Source: an uncultured Rhodothermaceae bacterium
GTDB taxonomy: Bacteria; Bacteroidota; Rhodothermia; Rhodothermales; Bin80
Assembly (NCBI GenBank): GCA_964503085.1
Contig: CAZCYQ010000014.1
Span: 211-64,210, forward strand
Direction: 5' to 3'
DNA: 64,000 bases
The notes under the pieces were generated by a model that was not told the DNA's origin, searched no databases, and worked only from the letters and a program-made list of their open reading frames with translations. A program made the translations under genes and the position numbers. Below are positions 1-9,437 of this stretch, one piece after another; position 1 is the stretch's first letter, and the number at the start of each line of letters is the position of its first letter.

Positions 1-74
1 AGAATGATCTCATAAGTGAGCTCAGTGCGAGACTCCCTAGACATCCGCCATGGGAGTCGCAGTAGCCAGCATGA

Positions 75-1073
75 TCAAGTGTGCAGGAGTACCTTAATCC
101 ATTCCGGCTCCACCTGTCTGTGTAATCTGTCAAAAGCTTCGGGTCCGTCCCCAAGCGGCAGAACAGCGCTTACGAGCGGGGAAGGATCCAGTTGTTTTCG
201 GGATACAAGGTCAATAATTTCATCGTATTCCCCCGCATTTGCATAAGTCCCGATCAAAGTCAGCTCCTTCGCGACGACACGTTGAATATCAACCGGTGGG
301 TGCTGGGAAGTATTTCCAACAAGCACAATGTTTCCACCTAGTTTAGTGTGATGGATGGCCTGGGCAACGGTTGAGGTAGCCCCTACGGCCTCAAAAGTGA
401 GATCCGCATCAATAGTCAGTGTACTTTTCTCGGGATCAAGCACGTGATCAGCACCAATCTGACGTGCCATATTTTTTCGATTCTCATTGGGCTCAATGAC
501 TATGATTTCGCTCGGCTCCTGCAATCGCACGGAGAGTAGGATACTCAGGCCAATCATTCCTGCGCCAATAATAAGAACTCGAGCGCTTTGGGCATTGCCG
601 CCTCTGTGTACAGCATGCAAGCCAACCGCTAGCGGTTCAAACATCGCTGCAATATTGAGCGGTAGCCCCTCGGGTACGCGCCTGAGCACATGGGCGGGCA
701 CGCAAACGAAATCTGCCATTGCACCGTCACGTCGAAAACGAGGCGTGCTCACCCCGAATACCGTTCGTTCGGGGCAGCGGTTCACCCTGCCGGAGGCACA
801 TTCGGGGCATGTGGTGCATCCAATAGTAGAGTCAAAGCAAACCTCTTCACCTGCCTCAAATTCGTTTGAGGATTTTGCGACTCGCCCAGCCGCCTCATGC
901 CCCATAATGAGTGGTGGAAGGCGACGCCCGGTTGTTCCGGTATATCCGTGAACATCAGATCCACAAATACCGACCGTGTCTACTCGCACAAGCACTTCGT
1001 TAGGAAGCGGCTGCGGATCAGGTACCTGTTGCAGGTCAATCTGAAACGCTCCCGTATATACAAGCGCACGCAT
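75..1073 (-). CDS. Zn-dependent alcohol/polyol dehydrogenase (MDR superfamily, sorbitol/threonine dehydrogenase-like)
   Basis: 332-aa ORF. Catalytic-Zn motifs 'GICGSDVH' and 'GHEAAG'; structural-Zn Cys cluster 'CTTCPECASGRVNRC'; Rossmann 'VLIIGAGMIGL'. Confidence 0.85.
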   Translation of the reverse strand: MRALVYTGAFQIDLQQVPDPQPLPNEVLVRVDTVGICGSDVHGYTGTTGRRLPPLIMGHEAAGRVAKSSNEFEAGEEVCFDSTIGCTTCPECASGRVNRCPERTVFGVSTPRFRRDGAMADFVCVPAHVLRRVPEGLPLNIAAMFEPLAVGLHAVHRGGNAQSARVLIIGAGMIGLSILLSVRLQEPSEIIVIEPNENRKNMARQIGADHVLDPEKSTLTIDADLTFEAVGATSTVAQAIHHTKLGGNIVLVGNTSQHPPVDIQRVVAKELTLIGTYANAGEYDEIIDLVSRKQLDPSPLVSAVLPLGDGPEAFDRLHRQVEPEWIKVLLHT

Positions 1074-1076
1074 AGA

Positions 1077-2756
1077 TCAGGTTGTGGAGGCCGCGTCAGT
1101 AATACATCCGTCACTGGCCGAGGATACGGTTCGCGCATACCGTAAGAGTACACCGGCATCTGCCTTAAGCGGTGGGGCCGACCAGATTTCCCGTCTTGCA
1201 TTCAATACGGACTCACTAACTCCAAGTGTCAGAACGCGATTGACCGTGTCAATGGTGATAGGATCCCCATCTTCCACCAGCGCGATCGCACCGCCAACCT
1301 GTGCCTCGGGTGTAATGTGACCGACCACGAACCCGTGTGTAGCGCCGGAGAAGCGACCATCGGTGATAAGTGCGACTTTGTCTCCTAAGCCGGCGCCCAC
1401 GATTGCGCTGGTTGGGCGGAGCATTTCTGGCATACCGGGTCCTCCCTTGGGGCCGCAGTAACGTAGGACGAGCACATCTCCGGTTTTAATTTTTCCTCCG
1501 AGAATAGCTTCCATAGCCTCCTCCTCCGTGTCAAATACACGCGCATATCCGTCAAACCGCTCGCCTTCCTTGCCCGTAATTTTAGCGACAGCCCCGTCTG
1601 TTGCTAAGTTTCCGTAAAGAATCTGCAGATGCCCGGTTGTTTTGACGGGTTGATCAAGTGGTTTGATCACTTCCTGCCCTGCTGTCAGATCGGGCACTTC
1701 TGCCAAATTTTCTTGCACTGTCCGTCCAGTGATGGTCATGCAGCTGCCGTGCAGCAGATCATTTTCGAGGAGCATCTTCATCACAGCGGGGACTCCGCCC
1801 ACGTTATAGAGATCTTCCATTACAAAACGTCCGCTGGGCTTGAGATCACCCAGTAGGGGAGTTTGGTTGCTCATGGTCTGAAAGTCATTCAGAGTCAGCG
1901 GCACTTGGGCAGCCCTGGCCATGGCAATAAGGTGGAGGGCAGCGTTGGTTGATCCCCCCAGCACAATGACCACGCGCAATGCATTTTCGAATGCTTCACG
2001 GGTGAGAATATCTTTTGGCTTGAGGTTCTTTTCCAGGAGCTGATAAATCACCTCACCTATTAGGCCTGTTTCTGCCTGTTTTTCGTCGCTGACTGCGGGG
2101 TATGACGAGTCAAAAGGCACGGTCATCCCCAGAGCTTCAATGGCGGAAGCCATCGTGTTCGCCGTATACATGCCTCCGCAGGCACCGGCACCTGGACAGG
2201 CGTGACGGGCAATTTCCCGAAAATCCTTATCGGTTATGGCTCCGGTGGCCCGCTGGCCAGCCGCTTCAAATGCAGATATAATATCTATCGGTTTACCATT
2301 CCAGCATCCAGGCTTGATTGTGCCGCCGTACACCATCAGCCCGGGGCGGTTGAGTCTCGCCAATGCCATGATGGATCCGGGCATATTTTTGTCACAACCT
2401 GCAACGGCTATCACGGCATCATACCATTGAGCTGACGCGACCGTCTCAATGGACTCAGCAATGAGGTCGCGAGAAGGAAGCGAGAACCGCATCCCCGAAG
2501 AGCCCATGGAGATCCCGTCGCTTACCCCAATCGTGTGGTAGATCAGACCTACCAAGTCCTGTGTCTGGACGCTACCTTTGATGCTCTTCGCCAAGTCATT
2601 GAGGTGCATGTTACAGGGGTTTCCTTCCCAGCCCATGCTCACAATACCAACTTGTGGCTTATCAAGATCTTTTTCTGTCAGGCCGACGGCGTGCAGCATG
2701 GCGCGCGCACCGCTTTGCAGGGGATTCTGTGTCACCTGTTTACTGTATCGGTTCAT
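1077..2756 (-). CDS. IlvD/Edd-family dehydratase (dihydroxy-acid or aldonate dehydratase)
   Basis: Family motifs 'CDKNMPG', '[14 protein letters not shown]', '[11 protein letters not shown]'. Start trimmed to the ATG at 2756 ('[21 protein letters not shown]'), 6 nt after the upstream GntP stop; the track start at 2843 would overlap that gene. Confidence 0.9.
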   Translation of the reverse strand: MNRYSKQVTQNPLQSGARAMLHAVGLTEKDLDKPQVGIVSMGWEGNPCNMHLNDLAKSIKGSVQTQDLVGLIYHTIGVSDGISMGSSGMRFSLPSRDLIAESIETVASAQWYDAVIAVAGCDKNMPGSIMALARLNRPGLMVYGGTIKPGCWNGKPIDIISAFEAAGQRATGAITDKDFREIARHACPGAGACGGMYTANTMASAIEALGMTVPFDSSYPAVSDEKQAETGLIGEVIYQLLEKNLKPKDILTREAFENALRVVIVLGGSTNAALHLIAMARAAQVPLTLNDFQTMSNQTPLLGDLKPSGRFVMEDLYNVGGVPAVMKMLLENDLLHGSCMTITGRTVQENLAEVPDLTAGQEVIKPLDQPVKTTGHLQILYGNLATDGAVAKITGKEGERFDGYARVFDTEEEAMEAILGGKIKTGDVLVLRYCGPKGGPGMPEMLRPTSAIVGAGLGDKVALITDGRFSGATHGFVVGHITPEAQVGGAIALVEDGDPITIDTVNRVLTLGVSESVLNARREIWSAPPLKADAGVLLRYARTVSSASDGCITDAASTT

Positions 2757-2761
2757 TTTTA

Positions 2762-4114
2762 TTATGTGAGAGGAAGAAGAAGTGATAGGATCACGGACAT
2801 CAAGCCTGCAGAAATCCCCAGAATGACTAGCAGCATTGACCAAGACTTGAGTGTCTCAACCTCGGTGAGGCCGCTCATTTTTGAGTATATCCAAAATCCG
2901 CTGTCATTCATCCAAGATCCAACAAGTGAGCCTGCACCTATGGCCGTACCCAGATATACTACATTGAATCCGAGATCTTGGTCGGGTGTGATCATTGCTG
3001 CCAGCATAGCTGAGGCCGTGATCATGGCGACAGTTGACGATCCCTGGGCAAACTTGAGTAGACTGGCAATACCGAAACCAAGTATGAGCATTCCCAATCC
3101 CGATGTTCCCGAGGTTCCGGCAAACAGATCACTGATTGCGGGTCCAATTTGGGCCTCTTTGAGCATGGCACCGAACGTCCCGCCAGCGGCGGTAATGAGA
3201 ATGATGAGTCCACCACTCATCAGTGACTGCTCAATCAGTTTGCCAAGATTCTCTCGCGACGGTCTCCGCATCTGGATATAAACTGAAGTGGACACTGCGG
3301 CTGCCAGTAGAAGTGCCATATTTGGGTCGCCTAGTACGATGATCCAGCGAGCGAGAATGGTATCGTTATCCAGGAGTGGGAGAAAGACCGTTTTGCCCGC
3401 AATCAGGAGAATCGGGAGGACAATAGGCAGTACAGAGAAGCCTAAGCCGGGAAGTGTGTCAAGCACAGTTGCATCGGCATCTACCCCCGGAACGTCTCGC
3501 ATGGGGACGGTCATTCTTCTATTCAGCCAGCCAGCATACATCAATCCCAGGATTGCGGCTGGCAGTGCAACTGTAATCCCCACCAGAATCATGATGCCCA
3601 AGTCCACACTCAGGTTTTCTGCGATAATCAGGGGCCCGGGTGTAGGAGGTACCAGCGCATGCGTGGCTGCTGCTCCGGCGGCGATTGCGACTACATATTG
3701 GAGATAATTTCGCTTGGTCTGGGTAAACAGTGAGCGGGCGAGGGGGATCAGCAGGTAAAAGACCGTATCAAAGAAGACCGGAATTGACAGCATAAAGCCG
3801 CTGGCTGCCAGAGCAGGACTGCCCCGCTCCTGTCCCAGTAAACGAATAAAAGCCTGAACGACACGGTCGGCCGCACCGCTGTTCATCATGGTTACGCCAA
3901 TCACTGCTGCCATGGCTATCACGATGCCAATGCTTCCTGCGGTTGTTCCAAAGGCGGTGGCCACGCGTGTGATCTTGGTTGACCATTCTCCGGGGGAAAG
4001 AATACTAATCACGATAGCCGCTGTAATAAGTGCGACAAACGCATTGATTCGCAGACCTACGATCAAGCCTACGACAATGATGATTCCAAGCAATAGAATC
4101 AGGATAGGAGTCAT
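2762..4114 (-). CDS. GntP-family permease (gluconate/sugar-acid:H+ symporter)
   Basis: 450-aa polytopic membrane protein with GntP-like N-terminus and Gly-rich helices; sits inside a sugar-acid operon. Confidence 0.8.
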   Translation of the reverse strand: MTPILILLLGIIIVVGLIVGLRINAFVALITAAIVISILSPGEWSTKITRVATAFGTTAGSIGIVIAMAAVIGVTMMNSGAADRVVQAFIRLLGQERGSPALAASGFMLSIPVFFDTVFYLLIPLARSLFTQTKRNYLQYVVAIAAGAAATHALVPPTPGPLIIAENLSVDLGIMILVGITVALPAAILGLMYAGWLNRRMTVPMRDVPGVDADATVLDTLPGLGFSVLPIVLPILLIAGKTVFLPLLDNDTILARWIIVLGDPNMALLLAAAVSTSVYIQMRRPSRENLGKLIEQSLMSGGLIILITAAGGTFGAMLKEAQIGPAISDLFAGTSGTSGLGMLILGFGIASLLKFAQGSSTVAMITASAMLAAMITPDQDLGFNVVYLGTAIGAGSLVGSWMNDSGFWIYSKMSGLTEVETLKSWSMLLVILGISAGLMSVILSLLLPLT

Positions 4115-4119
4115 CGCGA

Positions 4120-4968
4120 TTATAGATTGAGTGAACGTGCAACCTGCCGGGCCCTGCCGAGCCCGTCAATACCGAGTTCGACAACATCCCCCGGCTGCAG
4201 GAATCGCTGAGGTTTCAATCCCAGGCCAACCCCGGCCGGTGTGCCCGTAGAAATCACATCGCCAGGCAAGAGTGTCATAAACTGACTCGTGTAACTGATT
4301 ACCTCCCACACATTAAAAATAAAATCGGCTGTTGAACTCTTCTGCAGCATAGTTCCATTGACCGACAACCATAGTTTGAGGTTATTGGGGTCGGGGATTT
4401 CGTCGGCGGTTGCAAGGAAGGGCCCCAGTGGTGCAAATGTATCAAAGCTCTTTCCCTTGACCCACTGGCCACCACGCTCTAACTGGCTTATACGCTCGCT
4501 ATAGTCATTGTGCAGAACATAGCCTGCCACATAATCCGGGGCCTGTTCGACGGAAACGTAGCGGGCACGTTTGCCAATGACCACGGCCAATTCGACTTCC
4601 CAATCGGTTTTGTCATCGGGAATGATCACATCATCAAAAGGACCGCAGATGGCTGAACTAGCTTTAAAGAACAGTACAGGTTCCGCGGGGGGATCCATTC
4701 CGCTTTCTTTGGCGTGCAGCGCATAATTAAGTCCCACGCAAACAATTTTTGAAGGGCGGGCAATAGGGGGACCCATACGCGAATCGGGGTCCAGTTCCCG
4801 TTGCGATGTACCTCCGTTAACCCATGCACGCAGCCGAGCAAGGCCGCCCTGATCGAAGAAATGTTCGTCGTAGTCATCCACAACCGGGGTAGCGTCAATA
4901 CGCCGGCCGCTATCTAGGAGCAGTCCCGGTTTTTCTTGTCCTGCGGGTCCAATACGAATAAGTTTCAT
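4120..4968 (-). CDS. Fumarylacetoacetate hydrolase (FAH) family protein, 2,4-diketo-3-deoxy-acid hydrolase-like
   Basis: FAH motifs 'GKSFDTFAPLGP' and 'PGDVISTGTPAGVG'. Start trimmed to the ATG at 4968 ('MKLIRIGPAG'). Confidence 0.85.
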   Translation of the reverse strand: MKLIRIGPAGQEKPGLLLDSGRRIDATPVVDDYDEHFFDQGGLARLRAWVNGGTSQRELDPDSRMGPPIARPSKIVCVGLNYALHAKESGMDPPAEPVLFFKASSAICGPFDDVIIPDDKTDWEVELAVVIGKRARYVSVEQAPDYVAGYVLHNDYSERISQLERGGQWVKGKSFDTFAPLGPFLATADEIPDPNNLKLWLSVNGTMLQKSSTADFIFNVWEVISYTSQFMTLLPGDVISTGTPAGVGLGLKPQRFLQPGDVVELGIDGLGRARQVARSLNL

Positions 4969-4981
4969 AATTACGTAAATA

Positions 4982-5749
4982 TTAAGGTTGTAACGTGAAG
5001 GCGCCGCCATCCATAGGAAGTGAAACCCCTGTCAGAAACGCACTTTCATCGGAGGCAAGGTAGCAAATCAATGCGGCCACCTCCTCAGGTGTGGCCATAC
5101 GCCCCATGGGTTGAGCTTTGGATAATCTGCTGAACATCTCTTCCTTCGCATCCGGGTAGTACTTCTCCAGGTATGCGTCTACAAACGGAGTGTGTACACG
5201 CGCGGGTGCGACACTATTGCAACGGATACCGTCTTTCAAGCTGTCCACTGCCATGCTGCGAGTCATAGCCGCTACGGCCCCTTTGCTGGTGGAGTATGCA
5301 AAACGATCAGGAATGCCAACAATGGATACAATTGAAGCAAGGTTAATAATGCTTCCTCCGCCTGATTTTTTCATATGGGGCAGGGCTGCAAGCATTCCGT
5401 AGTACACGCTCTTGACATTGATTGTATACATGCGGTCCATATCCTCCTCGGTCGCCTTATCAATGCTGCCAATGTGGCCCGCTCCCGCGTTGTTTACCAG
5501 AATATCCAGCCTGTTATGTGTTTGGGCGATTGTGTTTATGGTATCTGTTACAGCACTTGAATCCGTAACATCGCAGCTGTGCGCCTCACAGCGTGCACCC
5601 AGATCGTTTGCAACCCTGTGAGCGTTTGGCATATCAATATCAAGCAAGTGCACGGTTGCTCCCTGTTGAATGAATGCACGGCAGGTAGCTTCACCAATTC
5701 CCTTGGCACCACCGGTGACGATAGCTATTTTCGATTTGAGACTGAACAT
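4982..5749 (-). CDS. SDR-family oxidoreductase (2-keto-3-deoxy-sugar-acid dehydrogenase-like)
   Basis: 'TGGAKGIG' cofactor motif, 'NNAG', catalytic 'YSTSK'. Confidence 0.85.
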   Translation of the reverse strand: MFSLKSKIAIVTGGAKGIGEATCRAFIQQGATVHLLDIDMPNAHRVANDLGARCEAHSCDVTDSSAVTDTINTIAQTHNRLDILVNNAGAGHIGSIDKATEEDMDRMYTINVKSVYYGMLAALPHMKKSGGGSIINLASIVSIVGIPDRFAYSTSKGAVAAMTRSMAVDSLKDGIRCNSVAPARVHTPFVDAYLEKYYPDAKEEMFSRLSKAQPMGRMATPEEVAALICYLASDESAFLTGVSLPMDGGAFTLQP

Positions 5750-5828
5750 GATTATAACAGTTACTTATGTCTGCACAAAGGTAGACCTGTGACGTTTCAG
5801 TGATGCACTAAAATAACGGTTGTTTCTG

Positions 5829-6626
5829 ATGTCACAGCAACTTTTTGATCTTTCTGGACGGGTTGCGTTGGTTACCGGTGCCAGCCGGGGACTGGGCCAG
5901 TACATGGCACGGGCCTTGGCGCGGGCTGGGGCAAACATAGCGATCACAAGTCGTGATCGAGATAGGCTTGTGGAAACCGAAGGAGATATTCTGGACATCG
6001 GAGGTCGAGTACTTCCGGTGGAACTGGATGTTCTGGATCTGTCCAGTATTCAGTCGGCTGTCCAAAATGTGGAAGCACGGTTTGGACGACTGGATGTCTT
6101 GGTGAACAACGCTGGTTGTAACGTTCGCCGTCGTGCCTTGGAGGTCACTGCGGAGGATTGGGACAAGGTCGTCAATACGAATCTCCGCGGTGCTTTTTTT
6201 GTGGCACAGGCGGCGGCGCGTATTATGAAAGCGCAGCATTGGGGCCGGGTGATTAATATTGGTTCAGTGACTTGTGTTGCGGGTTATGCAGGGATGGGGC
6301 CCTATTGCGCAAGCCGGGGTGGTATTAAGCAGCTTACAATGTCGTTGGCCCATGACTGGGCGGAATACGGAATCACAGTCAATTGCCTGGCTCCGGGCTG
6401 GTTTAAGACAGAACAAAGCAGGATGCTTTACGAAGACGAGACTTGGCTCACTATGCTCAAGGAGCGGATACCAATGGCCCGACCAGGTCGGCCGGATGAC
6501 CTGGATGGAATGGTAGTTTTTCTAGCGTCTGAATCCAGTCGCTATATCACGGGCCAAACTTACCTTGTTGACGGGGGAGTATCCATTGGGGCTATCCGTG
6601 CGATGCCACAAAGCGAACTGGAGTAG
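5829..6626 (+). CDS. SDR-family oxidoreductase (gluconate 5-dehydrogenase/KduD-like), with atypical Y-x3-R
   Basis: 'TGASRGLG', 'NNAG', then 'YCASR' where YxxxK is expected. ATG at 5829; the track start at 5820 is TTG. Divergent from the sugar-acid operon. Confidence 0.8.
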   Translation: MSQQLFDLSGRVALVTGASRGLGQYMARALARAGANIAITSRDRDRLVETEGDILDIGGRVLPVELDVLDLSSIQSAVQNVEARFGRLDVLVNNAGCNVRRRALEVTAEDWDKVVNTNLRGAFFVAQAAARIMKAQHWGRVINIGSVTCVAGYAGMGPYCASRGGIKQLTMSLAHDWAEYGITVNCLAPGWFKTEQSRMLYEDETWLTMLKERIPMARPGRPDDLDGMVVFLASESSRYITGQTYLVDGGVSIGAIRAMPQSELE

Positions 6627-7688
6627 TCCTCTGGGTAGGGGTATATTGGATTTGGCAGGATGTGGTTGAGCAGCCGGCTATTGATTAATTGTTCGGTTGC
6701 GTAGCTTCGAGTAGATCAACTACTCCCTCATCAGGAAGTTAGAACGGGGCATACACTGCCTTGTACAAACGGTTGCACTATCAGAAACTTCCAAGGTTTT
6801 TTGGAGCGCGTACTGGAATAGGCCGGTAAAACCGTCAAAGACGGATTTCACAAAGTTTAGTTCGGATGCGACATACAAGTCAAAATTGATACTTTCACTT
6901 TCCCATCAGACATATCGTCTAACCTTGATACCGCCTGGAAAGCAACAAGAAGTACACAGCTGAAACTTTTCCCTTAATCAGACCCGCTTGCGCCGTCGTC
7001 TTTAGACCTGTCGTGCGTCGCTTACCCAATATCAATTACTGAGAGCTAGCCGATGAGTTTGCCAAGTTCTTAGCTGATATGTGCAGAGACGAGGACCTCG
7101 AGTTCAGGTTGCTTGATGGCATAATTGTTGAACTTGATCAAGTACCACTGGATAACGTAATCGTCGTCGCGAGTGAGAATACCACGGACGAGATTTACTG
7201 GATCTCGGTCGTATAGACAGCCGGTAAGGACTCAGCCTAAGATCTTACGCCAGGCCGGCTCACATCCATTAACTTAATCGCCCCAAGATCCGAGCAACTA
7301 CCCAGTCCTTCACGAAGTCGCAAAGGGGAATCATTAGGGCGCAATCACTCACCTCTTGACCAAGGAATTGGAAGACGGTATATACTGGGTTTCGTTTGAT
7401 GGTAAGTACTACTGCGATCAGCAGGGATCGGTCGACTTTTACCCTCTGCGGGGATTCTCCAGGCGATGGATACGCTTGACGCTTCTGTCCCAAGGCACGA
7501 CAAAAAATGGACTATCTTCATTATCCAGAAGGGATAATTGAGGACAACGACATCTACATTTTACATCGACGGGACTAAATTCCAGACAAAACTGGCTGAG
7601 GGGCCAACACACTGATAAAAACAGAAGATTCCCAATACGCAACCCTTAAGAATTTCTGAGTCAGTTTATAGAATTGGAGCGTGAGAAA

Positions 7689-7811
7689 ATGAAGGCACTG
7701 GAGGAGATTTGTGGTAATCTTGCTCCAATTCCGTTGGAAGCTGAACAGTTTACGGAACACCATCACGAGAGACCCACAACCCGAACGGCTGGGGAGCCAC
7801 AAGAAAAATGA
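7689..7811 (+). CDS. Possible 40-aa upstream ORF translationally coupled to the DUF4041/T5orf172 gene
   Basis: ATG at 7689 ('MKALEEICGNLAPIPLEAEQFTEHHHERPTTRTAGEPQEK'). Its TGA (7809-7811) overlaps the downstream ATG (7808) as ATGA. 'ggag' lies about 9 nt upstream. Too short to appear in the supplied track. Confidence 0.25.
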   Translation: MKALEEICGNLAPIPLEAEQFTEHHHERPTTRTAGEPQEK

Positions 7812-9139
7812 CACTTACATCAATCATAATCCTCATACTATCCGTCTCTGTGATAGTCGTAATTCTAGTTGTGCTTTGGCGCACTCTCAAGGAGCTAAAC
7901 AACATTCGAACCAGATTTGCACCAGCTATCTCCCTTCAGAAAGAAGTCGACCTGTTGGAGGGCACAAAAAAAGAAGTACTTGCCGACATCCAAAAACTCA
8001 AGGAAGACTACAAAGTAGGTCGGAAGACCTTCGAGCGTCTAAATGAGCAAATCACATCCTATAATGAGGAATTGGCATTTCGGGAAATGGGCGTCTATGA
8101 ACCGATCTTTGATTTCACAGACTCTGAGGAATACAAAATGGAAATCAAGAAGGTGAGGGAGCGCCAGAAAGCCAGGATCAAAGCGAAGACAGCCGTAATA
8201 GTCAAAACGGAATGGACAGTAGGCGGTAGTAAAGCAAAAGGACGTACAATGGTTAACCGAGCTGTTCGCCTTACACTCAGGGCGTTCAACAATGAGTGCG
8301 ATGTGGCAATTGCAAAAGCCCGATGGAATAATGTGCATGCGATGGAGAATCGGATTAAGCGTGCCGCAAAGCAGATCAACGCACTTAATGCATCGAACGA
8401 CCTTGAGATTCATGATGAATACCTCAAGCTGAAAATGGACGAACTGCACCTTACGCATGAGTACAAAGAGCGCCTGCAAGAAGAGAAGGAGCTGCGAAAG
8501 GAGCAAGCCAGATTGGAAAGGGAAGAGCGGCGCCTGCAGTCCGAAGCAAAAGCGGCTGCAAAAGAGGAAGCAAAGTATGCTCGGATGCTTGAAAAGGCAA
8601 AGAAGGAAGCGGGTGGCGAAATAAGTGCAGAGCTCCAGGCAAGGATCGACGAGCTAGAGAAGTCGTTACGGGAATCTCAAGAGAAGAAAGAGCGCGCACA
8701 ATCCATGGCAGAGCAAACGAAGGCCGGACACGTCTACGTCATTTCAAATATTGGCTCGTTTGGAAAATATATCGTCAAGATCGGAATGACCAGGCGCCTA
8801 AATCCTGACGATCGAGTTAAGGAACTGGGTGATGCCAGTGTACCTTTCATCTTTGATACGCATGCAATGGTTTATTCCAAGAATGCCCCTGAGCTGGAGA
8901 AGACTCTCCACAAGCGTTTCAATGATCACAGGGTAAACGCCGTCAATATGCGCAAGGAATTTTTTCAGGTACCTCTAGAGGACGTCGCCTCAGCAGTCCG
9001 AGAGTTTGATTCTGACGCTCGTTTTGTGATGGACCGAGAAGCCCGAGAATACATGGAAACCCTTGCTCTACGGGAACAGATGGACGCAGCACAGGAGGAA
9101 TTTGAAGAGCTTGAGGAACAATTTCCACTAACAATTTGA
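7808..9139 (+). CDS. DUF4041-like / T5orf172 (MUG113, GIY-YIG-related) domain protein with N-terminal TM helix and long coiled coil
   Basis: N-terminal TM 'IIILILSVSVIVVILVVLW'. Charged heptad-like region 'EKELRKEQARLEREERRLQSEAKAAAKEEAKYARMLEKAKKEA'. C-terminus 'GHVYVISN...VKIGMTRRLNPDDRVKELGDASVPFIFD...HKRFNDHRVN...REFFQV' matches the T5orf172 pattern. Confidence 0.7.
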   Translation: MTLTSIIILILSVSVIVVILVVLWRTLKELNNIRTRFAPAISLQKEVDLLEGTKKEVLADIQKLKEDYKVGRKTFERLNEQITSYNEELAFREMGVYEPIFDFTDSEEYKMEIKKVRERQKARIKAKTAVIVKTEWTVGGSKAKGRTMVNRAVRLTLRAFNNECDVAIAKARWNNVHAMENRIKRAAKQINALNASNDLEIHDEYLKLKMDELHLTHEYKERLQEEKELRKEQARLEREERRLQSEAKAAAKEEAKYARMLEKAKKEAGGEISAELQARIDELEKSLRESQEKKERAQSMAEQTKAGHVYVISNIGSFGKYIVKIGMTRRLNPDDRVKELGDASVPFIFDTHAMVYSKNAPELEKTLHKRFNDHRVNAVNMRKEFFQVPLEDVASAVREFDSDARFVMDREAREYMETLALREQMDAAQEEFEELEEQFPLTI

Positions 9140-9162
9140 TTAGTCAGAGGAAAAATGAAACA

Positions 9163-9191
9163 CCGGAAAACGCTTCTGGAAGTCTTATTTG
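9163..9191 (+). terminator. Weak candidate rho-independent terminator after the T5orf172 gene
   Basis: Hairpin ccggaa-aacgc-ttctgg (6 bp, including one G-U pair) at 9163-9179, followed by the T-rich 'aagtcttatttg'. Confidence 0.3.
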
Positions 9192-9437
9192 CGCCTTTGG
9201 CTTATGGTCAGTGCGGTTAGATGATTGTTCATGACCGGCTACTGTGTACGAGCTATAAGGGGTAGACAAACGAACGGCCATATGTCCAATTCTCACAGGA
9301 TGAGACGATGGTCGCCACCTCTTCAAGGAGAATCAAGGTGCCGGATGGTTTTTGATCCTGGAAGTTCCGACTTGCAACGTGATCCAGAAAATCCATCTAT
9401 TGTGCTACCTGCGAATCAGGCCATGCCATGGCCGACA

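Noticed and set aside
16-246. 76-aa plus-strand ORF at the window start
   Set aside because: It is largely antisense to the well-supported MDR dehydrogenase gene (75-1073). Low-complexity Ser/Arg-rich translation, no motif. Treated as a shadow ORF.
2535-3281. 248-aa plus-strand ORF
   Set aside because: It runs antisense across the IlvD/Edd start and the GntP end, both strongly supported. The translation has no recognisable features. This is a typical antisense shadow in a gene-dense region.
9420-9434. Perfect palindrome 'ggccatgccatggcc' just past the STAS gene stop
   Set aside because: The central loop is too short for a stable terminator hairpin and no T-tract follows on either strand. 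It is likely coincidental or a restriction-site-like palindrome.
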